The translations under genes and the position numbers were made by a program. The notes below the pieces were generated by a model, which saw only the letters and a list, made by a program, of their open reading frames with translations, searched no databases and had not been told where the DNA came from. Below are positions 1 through 10,606 of a stretch of DNA of 64,000 bases, one piece after another. The stretch is from Corallochytrium limacisporum Hawaii. Lineage: Eukaryota > Protista > Pluriformea. Every line of letters starts with the position of its first letter. Position 1 is the first letter of the stretch. Location: NCBI GenBank assembly GCA_002811645.1, contig PDIP01000002.1, positions 131,683-195,682 on the forward strand, given 5' to 3'.

Positions 1-1374
1 CAACCATCGGTCTGAACCCACTCTGCCAGCAGGGTCAGAGACGACAATTGCTCATCTTTTGATTATTCCCATCATATTGTATCTGGCGATATGCTGCATT
101 CAGTATATTCTGATCACACAGCTACCAAATTGACTTACAATAAAGCGCAATCAGTGAGCACAAATATGCGAACCAACACGAGTCGCTCCGAGGGTTGTCC
201 ATTCACAGAGGTGCCGGTATATCTTTCAAGAGTCGGACAGAAAACTCCAGTCTAACCACTACCAAAGAAAGGGGATACACTCCGAAAATTTGGAGACGGA
301 GGGATCAGCGCGACGGGGTGTTAACGCATAAAAGGAAAGAGAAAAGCGTTCTGGTGCATCCAACATAGTGCAAGGTGAACCAATATTTTCCCACATGGCT
401 CGCGTAAAGGAAAAGAGTGGAAATCAACGACTTCCTTTTTCGAATGTTGTGTTTTCTGCACATGGTTTCACGTCTAATTCTTCTTGTTCCATTTCCGCTT
501 CCTTGCTTCTGATGCTCGTTCGGTGGTTGTCGTTCCCTCGTCTTTTCTGCACAACTTCAGAAATTGAAGCGAGTGTTTAAGCAGAATAGTGTACGGACGA
601 AATGGCCTTTTCCGGCACCTGGCGTGCTTTTTCCGGGTTAAAAACCGAATTGCCCTGTGAAAATAAGATCCTAGGACCCGATAATACAGGCGAGGGGGAG
701 GAGTCAGGGACAGCACTGCATCAAAATCGAACTATACATTTTCTGCTACCCACCGTCGCGTTATGCGTTTTACAATTAGAATGACCGCTTGAACTCCACT
801 AGTGAAAACGGAATCGGCCCAGTGACCTCAAACGGTCTGATGTCCATCGAGCTGTCTACATACCATTTCGATATTGCATGCAACCAACATCCTCGGTAGG
901 GCAAAAGAAGCAGCTGTGGGGAGGGAGCAGGTGCACAAGTCTATTGGGAGCTCGAATTTCACCGGAAACCGTTCTTTCCTTCCCCCCCCCCCAAAAAAAA
1001 TATGGTCCAGTCATCGAGTCAATGCATCAGACCGCGTGCAGCTTCGTATGGTCATCCAATGCTAAGTGAAGTTTACATTGGAAGAGGACAGAAGTTGTTG
1101 CAACATATCTGTCCCCATGAAAAGGGTATAGTCAAGGATGGTCATAGGGAAGGAATGAAAAGAAAGAAAAGAATTCTCCGACGTCATTGACGTACAACGC
1201 AAACTAGGGGCAGCAAAACTCCGCAGGCATACAATTCCACCTGGTCAATGTTTTCAAACGAGACGCACATTGTGGACGGAGCGTCATAGTCTCTAACTCG
1301 CCACCAACCATAGCACCTGACCAGACCAAGTCGATCAGGGAAACGAGATGGTGAACGGGGTCCTCGGAGAATAT

Positions 1375-2673
1375 TCATAAGCTCTCATTCAGCTGGGATT
1401 TTGCCAAGTCTCTACTGCGGTGATGCGATGCGATCATCACATCACCGAAACCCCTTTCATCATCACCAAAGAGAGAGGAGAGCGTATGTGGATGCAGGGG
1501 ATTTGTTGTATTCACTCGGACACTAATATGGAAAACACTTTGACAATTAAGACTCACAGATGATGAACGATGAATGCATCAACCTGTCCACCAAGGGCGC
1601 ATGCCTTCACTAAACCATTCTTGAAGACACCGAGTACTTTCTTGGCTGAAGAAGACGCTGGGGTTTCCGCTAGAATTGCCCCAGCAAGTGATTTCAGGAC
1701 CACAAAGCAAGTTTAAACATTTCGGGCTCCACTGGCGATAGAGATGACGTCTACGACAGACTTCAATTTTAGTGCGACGTCAAGTATTAGTCTTCCTCAT
1801 TATGTATTGTAACTCTATTCTTTTCTCGACTGGGATGTGTGGTTTCCCGTTTTGGATCGATCGTCAAGGCACCTCGCGCCTAGACATTCCAAACACACAG
1901 GCAAATTCACACTCACTGAAACACACGAAATGGACAAATGGTAAACGTTGTGACCTTCTTCTCTTTTTCTGTATACACCCTTACTCCTGTGGCTCCACAA
2001 TTGTCCACGAACCGGGATGTCCTGGGTTGGAGAGCAGAGTTGCATACAGTAGGGACCGCGACGAGAGCTGTGAAAGACGCCTAAAGAAGAGAACAGTCAC
2101 GGAAAGCTCGGCACCATTGAACTTCTTATACAGACCATAGTTGCGGTAGCTAGCCGCGAGTAACAAATTCAAATGAGGAAGATGACAGTGGGAGTGGGAT
2201 CACAGTACGGAAGGGTTGTGCAAGAAATTCCGTACACAACCCATTCCAACGCAGCACAGACAAGGATATTCGCTTGTGAGTTGCTACAGTAGAGAGCGCT
2301 CAGAACCATCCTCGTCATCCTTCCAGACATACTCAGGCCAATGCACAAACAGAATCTGGGGCCGTATATATATCCTTCCAATCTGCGATGGATGAAATTG
2401 CAGACTGTTTGCATGCATACCTGGAAATAGAGCTCACGAAGGAACTTGTGGAGTGGTCTCTTGAACTTCTTCTTAGATTTTCTTAGGCACAATAGTGGTT
2501 TCCATCACTGATGACGATGCCACGGCGAAACTGTCAGCCTGTTTCACTATGGCAGAAAGATGTGGCGATAAAAGTAGAACCAGGTGCTTACCTGCTATTC
2601 CATGTTTGTTTACAAACCTGCCCAGCGACAACGGTAACGACACCCCATCGATGATCTGTCGCGCAAGGGACAT
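1375..2673 (-). pseudogene. Heavily decayed coding relic, possibly an XK-related (Xkr) membrane protein
   Basis: ORF fragments 2473-2673, 1981-2172 and 1375-1557 share one frame with only about eight internal stops. Fragments LEGYI/[frameshift]/PQILF and LLAASY...FFRRLSQLSSRSLLYATL loosely resemble the XK motifs LETFLESAPQL and LASY...W+LFTIxxRV. Confidence 0.25.
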
Positions 2674-5600
2674 GTATCGCCATTGATATGGCGGATTACT
2701 TTCGATTATGTTTCCCTATATTTTATATGGTGCGTGGAGTACGGGGCGCATGGCTCCTCTGGTTTGCATAGTCTATCCATTGGCCCTGCGCATACACCGC
2801 TTGGTTGTATAGCAGACTGTGCTGAACATTCTTTCATAGTGCGAGAGTACGAAGGTAAAATCCCTTGAACTAATTTGCTGGGGTCCAAGGGGTGCTGGAT
2901 GTGCGTTTCCTACTACGATTTTTCTCTGTCTTTTTGAAAATAGCACCCCCTTCCCCCGCCCACCTTTACTTTGGAAAGCTGTATACATATACCAGATGTC
3001 AATAAGGTCTCCGTCCATGACGCGGTTAGCCGTGTATTGCAACTTGGGTAACCATCGACGAAATTAAGAAGATCTAACTCGGTGTCGTTCACTTGGATTC
3101 TTGACTTTATTGTTTTCGCGTATGCCCCACTCCCGAATTGTGTATACTTCAATCTGGTCGCGGATCAGTGGAGCGCACAGGCAACGTGATGTTGATTTTT
3201 AGGAATCCCCGCTTTCCTGGATGACACACTACAGATAAAGGGCTTGATGAGGCAAAGGGGATTGCAGTGAAGGGTTTGTGATACTGGGGATTCCATGCTG
3301 TTCTAATTCGAAAATGTCAGAGATGGTGAGCAGGAAAATACAGTGCACACTATTTACTGTTGCGCTGTTATACACGCATCACTTACCGACACACTATGAC
3401 ACCGTTCCTGATCGCTAATCTGTAATTAGTCCAGGGTGGAATGGACATGATATATAATCTTTGATGAGAGCAAGCCGCAATATGTTGGAGACAAGTCATC
3501 CGGAGGACCTACTTGTGTATAATATGTTGCTGACGAGTGCGCCATGTGTTATGGTTTGACACAAACATTTTCCCATACCAAACAGTACGCAAACCACATA
3601 TTCAATGCAGCGAGGGGGAGAGCCAAAAATAGAGTGCCAAGGGTGAACGTTCGTATCTCCAAGGACAGGCAGTGAAGTATGCTACGGCCTTCTCCACTTT
3701 TCTCATTCCCTATAGCAGCCGGCTCTAGGAATTTCCATTCTTTGGAGGGAGGACGGCAGGCGGCTCATAACACATGTAGGGCCACGTTGGTCCACACGGC
3801 GCGACTGTCGAGGCTTGGAAGAGGTTTACTTCTTTGCACGCAACTTCTACTGGTTTGACACGCAACAAAGTTATCCTCTCCTGACGTCCCAAAAAAATTC
3901 TCCTCACATTATTGGCTCCGTGCCTCCTACCGGTCATCGGCACCCCACAAAATTCATCAGCCGCATAGCGGGCTAAGCATCGAAAAAGCTTGGTATTGTA
4001 CAGTTTTCATTTTTTTTTCTCCATCGCCGGATCGACGCCTTTTCCGAGCGCAATCCTGGTTCTCCGAGCAGCCTCTCCGACGAACATGGCTAAGGAATCA
4101 GAGAATGAGTGTCGCATGAGAATATGTGACCATCTCTTTACTTAGTTAAGCTAAGAGGCTTTGAACAGAATCTGAACGAGTCAGTAATAAGAATGAACAC
4201 CACGGAGATGAAACTTCTCCTCTTGTTCTAAGAAAGTAGGGGATGTTAATAAATTATTGCGGCAGTAGACGTTTTTGGAATAGTACAAGCTTCAGGTCTG
4301 CGCGTGAACATGGGTATTTCGTTTCTCAACTCTCGAGATGATATCTCAGTCATAGAGTTGTTAGCTCAGAATCGGTCTCTGATTTTCTAGTTTCTTGTTT
4401 CGGTAAGGACCCTTCCCTAGACACAACATGTCGTGCTCTTCACGATGCATTGCGAAGGATAAGACAGATGTGCAGGTGGGACTATGCTCCAAGGTCTAAA
4501 CTATAAGACCGCTATTGCGTTGTTTGATGCGTTTTTATATATCGGCCTGCTGAGACAGATCGGAATTCTGTTCTCTAACCGTGGGCAACAGGACACAGCA
4601 CCGCAAAGGGATAGTTCAGTCAGTAGGAAAATCAGAGATGGCACAAACAGAATGACTAATCACTTGCAGTTGACAATGGGGCTGTTGCATCCCCTTCTCT
4701 CGCGCTGCGAAAGAGCTGATAGATGACGGAGTTGGATACCGTATGACACAATCATTTTATTAAAAGCAGTAGAATCAGTAAGTGCTGGAAGTCACAAGCA
4801 GGAGCGAAATGTCATATTGACAATCGTGCAGGAACTGGTCGTTGTTGTGGAAATCTTCTTTCTCTTGTGTCCCCCACACTGATGCACGGCTGACATGAAA
4901 CACACTAAATGATGCACATGCGCGGTTTGATAATGTTTGGCAGTATGACCGTCAATCTTGCGATTGTGAGAGCTACTGTCTCTGCTGTCTGCAGTGTGTA
5001 GGCAAGGAGACTTGCGGCAGTTTCAACAGCAACTCCGGTTGGTCCGATAGTCCTAGAAGTAGCAGTTGGTGTCTGCAGGAATTGTTGGGAGATGTGCTGG
5101 ACGATGACCCTGATGAGATGGTGGTGATGTGATGATGGGTGGAGCAGGACGGCTCTGAATGTGTTTGTCTTGTGTGCGGAAGAAGCGAGGAGGAGGAAGA
5201 AGATCGCATCGCCTTGGCCTGTATTCAGAACGTTTGCGCGGCGATATTTGCTTGCTCTATTTGGATGTGTTACGATCCGAAAGCTACGATCTCTAATTGA
5301 CCCGTCCCATCCATCGCTATTTCGGCCGGGAATCTACTCGCGGAGTACCACATGACCAGCCCCCCTCAACTCTCTCACACACTATTAGGGCTTTCGATCC
5401 CTCTCGACCAACACCGCGGCCCAAAAACAGGGCTCTCCCATCTGTGACATGCCTGAGACAAATCCTGTTCATTGGAAACGATACAAAAAAAAAAGGAAAC
5501 GCGGTCTACCTCTGTGTATGCAGAGGTTCGATCAACGTTCATCACAATATGCCAATGTGAGTGCGTACTGTATCGTACTCTCCCTTTCGGTACCTGAGAG

Positions 5601-6637
5601 ATGTCACGTACGCAGGCACGCACACGGTGATCGAGCCAAGCGTTGCGGCCCAAACCCTAGAAAGCTCCATATTTGGCGTACAAACAAAGGAAAGAGAAAT
5701 TGTACAATGTGAGGCTGCAGTGAATTCAGGGACAAAAACGGCGATCGTATTTCCCAATTGAACTGCCTCATATGCTTTCACTAGTAGTGTGATGATGTGT
5801 TGTTTGGTGCGGTGTTGTGTTGATGTGAGTGTTTGAATTATTGTAACACATTTTTACTTGCAAAAACAGAGGACCCATGTGCTGCCCACGTCAGGCAAAC
5901 GCGAGCCTGATCCTTGCCATATACACGGGAATTTTGCTCATACGAACCCCAATCTATTTTAACGCACAGCCCCCGCAATCGTTCACCAGAGAACATTGCA
6001 CATTTTGTCCGCTCCCATACAAAGATCGATGGCTGTGGCAATGGCAATACCTCAGAGAGCGGGGCGATCAGCAATACAAAATATATGCGACACAAGAACT
6101 GTGTCAATCAAGGTTAATATGGGAGCCCATTAAAATTCACCTTCCATCAGTGGCGGGTTGTTTCTAATTTCAGATCTGATGTGTATGGATGTGTGTTTGT
6201 TATGTGATGTGTGTGTTGACGTATGCAACGATTTCGTGATTCCCTTGGCAAGCGTTCCGCTTGCTGGTCATAGTGATGAATCTATGATGAGTTGAGCACG
6301 ACACACCCCACGCAAAAGCAGAACGGGTAATGTCAATAGTAACGCTTTTGTCTTATGCCCTAGCTGGTTGCCTGCCCGATTCATTGGTGAGGAGCGAAGT
6401 AGAGACAAGAGAGCAACACCGCTTCTCGCGCGTCGGAGAGCATAACAGACGCAACACATGCAGGCGTGATTGCGGGCTATTGTTGTGTGGCCAACGCTGA
6501 TTACTTCTTTTACCTAATATTCTTTTCTTCTTGTAGTCTCGATGCCCTTTGAAAAGTAGGGGAGATTGATGTCATTCAGGCATACGTACAGACATCCATC
6601 AAAAAAAGAAAAAACTTTTCTGAGATCGCACTAGTGA

Positions 6638-6653
6638 CATGCACGCGTGCATG
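6638..6653. repeat. Perfect 16-bp palindrome CATGCACGCGTGCATG
   Basis: Read directly; self-reverse-complementary with an ACGCGT core. Confidence 0.9.
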
Positions 6654-6790
6654 GGCAGACAATGTTGTGGATGTTCCAAGGCGAGCATGTGGCAGACGAA
6701 CAACTGGAGCCGATTCTCTCCCTTGTGCTTTCTAAGGGGTGTTAAAAAAGCCATATAGTACGTTTCTATAGTGAAGAAGTGGGACTGCGT

Positions 6791-6806
6791 AAAACACGCG
6801 TGTTTT
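6791..6806. repeat. Perfect 16-bp palindrome AAAACACGCGTGTTTT
   Basis: Read directly; same CACGCGTG core as 6638-6653. Confidence 0.9.
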
Positions 6807-7522
6807 CCTTAGTTGTGCAGAATTGTCCAATGGTTCCAAAACTCTTCACCAAAACGCCTATATACAATTTGATTGACGAAGAGACTACTCAAGAGATGGG
6901 AATGGCAGCTTACTTTGGGTGTCTCTCGGGTCTATTGTTATCTACCATAGACACGCGCAAGAGCATCGGTACTCCATCACAAACGAGGTCCTGGTTGGGA
7001 CCCAGGCAAGGTGGGTCCCACCTGGGAAGAGAGAGCAGAGTGGGTCGGGGGAAAGTGTGACCCTGGTGGGGTGAACAAAAATGGCGTTGGGTCGCACACC
7101 CCGCAAAGTTTAGCTGACCACCACTGTTCCGCGCGTTCCCCTCTTCTTGGTTGCACGTTGTCTGCCATCGATGAGATCTCTTTTTACAGCGTTGTTCGCA
7201 TTGCACAACAGGAAAGAATACCGGTCGATCCCCCGTGTGCAACACTTCTTCACTGCAACGCATTTTCCCTTAGGTCCCAATATGGTTCTGAACCTTGAAA
7301 TTGTTTGTTGGTTTCAGTGGAACTCACAGCAATTTGTCAGACAGAGTTATGTGATCAAACCACAGACAACATAGATTTCAACGTAAACATAAAAATGTTT
7401 CTTCATTCCCCCAAGATGAGAGCTCACTGCACCATAAAACCGTATTGTACACACGGTACTTGCAAGGGGTAAAACCGGGGGTGGGGGGTGAGTTGACCGT
7501 ACAGATCCCGCGCTCTCTTGGA

Positions 7523-7579
7523 CCCCCCCCCCAAACGGAGGACCCCCTCCTCCCCCCCCGGGCGGCCGGGGGGTGGGGG
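7523..7579. promoter_or_regulatory. C-tract/CCGG/G-tract quasi-palindromic element (orphan copy)
   Basis: C10, then CCCCCTCCTCCCCCCCCGG-GCGG-CCGGGGGGTGGGGG; same architecture as the copies upstream of genes. Confidence 0.45.
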
Positions 7580-8599
7580 TAAAGTGCGGAGGGAGACGAA
7601 GAAAATGGAGAAGGAAGTTTCTAGTCCGTGCAAGTTTTCTAATTTGTACCGGATGATATTATGTTAGAATTTTCACACTGATTCTCCTCCTGTGTGTCTT
7701 TTGGCTGGTGTTGGTGGTGGATGACACAGAAGTGAGGAAAGGGAAGCAAGGTGTTTTCTAACAAACTATAAGTTTGCCGGAGAGTTTGGTGTCATATAGC
7801 CTGGCTTCCTTTCGGTTGGTTGGTTGGTTGTCAAATTACGTTGCTATCCTAGCAAGCTCCTGACGTACATATTGTGACACCGCGGTAGACGAAAAGGGGA
7901 AGAGATAGGCAAGAAAAGGGGAAACGCTGGCGGGAGGGAAGGGACAGTAATGAGAAAAACACCGGAGCAAACGCTGCATGTGAAGTTCGCGAGGTGGAGT
8001 CTGTCAGTGCGGTTGCTGCAAAGGGGAGGGGGATCACCTGCTGAATAAGGAATGGTGGGAACCGAGGGGACCGGGAAAACACGGGAAAAGTCGTGCCCAT
8101 CAAAGCTGAAAAAATTAACTTTTTGAACCAGATAACACCGAGAAACACCAGGTTCTGGGGCATTTAGCAAATTGACACTTTCTCTCCCATTTCCATCTCC
8201 GGCTGTCTTGTTTCAGGAGACACAGAAGGAGACTCTGTGATGATGTGGAGATCGAAGATGGTTTTGGGCCGCCGCTCTCATGTTCGAATGATGCGCAATG
8301 CATGATTTGTTCCTGAACGCTCCGGAGCAGTTCCATACTACTCTCTGCGTATTTTGTGCACACTAGGCACGCAGAAGGGACCATCGACGACGGCCGGGAA
8401 AAAACAGGAATCGGGTAACCGTCATCTTTGATGTGTATACCATCTCAAAGGAAAAGGAATCCGAATAATACAGATGCTGTCAATCCATTGGAGATGCATG
8501 ACAATGCATGTCAGAGATAGTGCGCTCGAGCCAAGAATTGGTTGTAGGGTAATAGGCAGATGGGAGCATCTCGAGATGAGAGAGGGAAAATGAGGCTTT

Positions 8600-8830
8600 T
8601 GTAAGGAAAAAAAAAAGAGAGGGGCTGAAAGGGGGGGAAAGGGTAGGGGGGGGGAAGGGGAGAAAGGGTGTAGCGGGGGAAAAGGGCAGGCAAAGGGCAG
8701 CAGACTTGATGGGAGAGACGGAGAGGTGGGAGGGAGGGGAAAACGAGAAAAGCCCGAAAACGGCCAAGGGAAAGTACAGAGGGCTGAGCAGAGCCCCGGG
8801 GGAGGGGGGGCGCAGGGGGGTGGGAGGGAC
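8600..8830. promoter_or_regulatory. Polypurine/G-tract putative promoter of GATAD1-like gene
   Basis: Strongly purine-skewed block with many G runs, including CCCCGGGGGAGGGGGGGCGC at 8794-8813, about 250 bp upstream of ATG 9069. Confidence 0.55.
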
Positions 8831-9068
8831 ATCGGCGACGCTGTAGGAAAAAATATTCGCAACGGACCTTTGTTTGGGCATTTGACACTATCTTCTGTTT
8901 CCTCTGTTTATGTTGTCCGTCCTCTCTGGGAACAACAATATGCAGCGCTAAGAACCAATCATGTTGTTACAGGTATTTTCGGGCGGCAACATCTGCAATT
9001 AGGGTACTTCGGAAATACTTGCATTGATCGGAACTATAGAATCGATAACACAGAAGCATACATTCAAG

Positions 9069-9821
9069 ATGCGGAAAGCTACACAGGAAAAGTTGTTGTG
9101 CATGAATTGCAAGGCCACTACCACCCCAATGTGGCGTCGTGGACCTGACAATGAATTGCTTTGCAATGCTTGCGGTTTGTACTTTAAGACTCATGGTGAG
9201 CATCGTCCTCTTGGCCTTTGCAACATGCAGGTGCGCAAAGCCACGACTAAGGGCGTCCCTAAGGCGCGTAATGCCCGTCAACTAAAGCGCCGTGACAGTG
9301 AGGCTTCTACCGCCAGTGCAGGTTCACCACCTCCTGGTAATCGCCTGCTTCCAGGACCGTTTAACCTTCGTGGTGAGTCTATTCACGCTGGCGACGTTGT
9401 AGCAATTCGTGCGGCGGACATGAACGTGTACTATGCCGTCATTGACGGGTTTTACTTCCAGTACCGCGAACAGATCCTCGCCTCTATTCGTTGGCTCATG
9501 CCCATGTACCAACTGCCCCCCAACACACCTTTTGACATTCGCAATTTCTGCACATCTCCTAATGATCCAAAGACCGTGCTGAGCATCGAGTCCATTCTAG
9601 AAATTGTCTCCCAGTACAGTGCCCCCGCACCTCAACACACATACCCCCAGCAGCAGGCACCTCCTGCTCCTCAGGGTCATGGCCCGGCCCCCTACTATCA
9701 TGATGCTCCTAAGGAACCTTATGTGTATGAGCAGCGTCAGCCCCACCGTCAGGGACATGGTGATGTCTCTGAGGCCGCTTCAGTTTTGTGCGGACTCCAT
9801 AGTGGGAATTATGGACAGTAA
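9069..9821 (+). CDS. GATAD1: GATA zinc finger plus BAH-like domain protein (GATAD1-like)
   Basis: CMNC-x17-CNAC GATA finger (TTPMWRRGP...[16 protein letters not shown]), followed by [12 protein letters not shown]...YYAVIDGF...IRWLMP...FD, matching the GATAD1 C-terminal domain. First ATG is 9069 (the ORF track starts at an upstream TTG). Confidence 0.85.
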   Translation: MRKATQEKLLCMNCKATTTPMWRRGPDNELLCNACGLYFKTHGEHRPLGLCNMQVRKATTKGVPKARNARQLKRRDSEASTASAGSPPPGNRLLPGPFNLRGESIHAGDVVAIRAADMNVYYAVIDGFYFQYREQILASIRWLMPMYQLPPNTPFDIRNFCTSPNDPKTVLSIESILEIVSQYSAPAPQHTYPQQQAPPAPQGHGPAPYYHDAPKEPYVYEQRQPHRQGHGDVSEAASVLCGLHSGNYGQ

Positions 9822-10036
9822 GTGGAGACTGTCCAGCTTATAAAAACACAATACTTTGTACATGACCACTTGACTTTTTCATCTACATAACATGGCATAG
9901 GCGGAGGATAGAAATACAATTCCCACATTCGTGTATTAGTTTAAATATATCTTGTCTTGGCAAGTATCTGAGAAACATAATCATACAGGCCAGCTGTACG
10001 GGACGTTGGGATTCTCTTGTCTTGTGTTCGGTGATA

Positions 10037-10606
10037 CTACAGTCTCTCTGAATTCTCAGTCTGTGACAGAGTCTGTAGGATTGAGCATGGTTGAGGCGCT
10101 TGAACATTGCCATCGCCACTGGCATCACCACTGTACGGTGGTGGTGCACTAGGTGGGTTCTGTTGATAGAAATCTCCCCGGGAAGGAGCCAAACCATTGG
10201 TTCTTCTGGGAGCTACGGTAGGTAGAGTCATGTCTGTCAGTTCTGTGTCATCGAGTTGCGAGTACGCTGGTGGCTGCCATGCTGGCGGAGGAAGGACCGG
10301 TGAAAATCCAGGATCGTCACGCGCTTTCCAATAGTCTGGTAGCTCATCTCTATTTGGTGCGTTTGCGCCAGCATGGGAGTTTGCATATTCTGAGGTGTCA
10401 ATGAATACAGCACCCTTCGGAGTCGCCACAGTCTGAGACATTGGTACACGAATCACCTCAGAGTTCGGAGGTGGAAGCTCCCGTTGAATATAGCGCTGGA
10501 CCGCATGATTACGTGCTTTGCGACGAATAAGGCGCCTTCGGCACACAAACCAGCTGTATGCAAGGATGCCCAGCACGAGCACTATGATCAGCCAGAACCC
10601 AATCAT
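10037..10606 (-). CDS. Single-pass membrane protein with PY motifs (WBP1/VOPP1/Rcr1-like Nedd4-family adaptor)
   Basis: N-terminal hydrophobic helix followed by the basic stop-transfer CRRRLIRRK; cytoplasmic LPDY, PPAY and PPPY motifs. Confidence 0.7.
   Translation of the reverse strand: MIGFWLIIVLVLGILAYSWFVCRRRLIRRKARNHAVQRYIQRELPPPNSEVIRVPMSQTVATPKGAVFIDTSEYANSHAGANAPNRDELPDYWKARDDPGFSPVLPPPAWQPPAYSQLDDTELTDMTLPTVAPRRTNGLAPSRGDFYQQNPPSAPPPYSGDASGDGNVQAPQPCSILQTLSQTENSERL

Noticed and set aside
1560-1650. C box (ATGATGA) and D box (CTGA) about 90 nt apart, as a C/D snoRNA
   Set aside because: No terminal stem and no rRNA-complementary guide that I can recognise.
2913-3152. FGSGAYAK resembling a kinase Gly-rich loop
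   Set aside because: No VAIK, HRD or DFG follow.
8422-8888. Three overlapping Pro/Phe-rich ORFs of 125-146 aa
   Set aside because: Artefact of a stop-poor polypyrimidine tract in the GATAD1 promoter.
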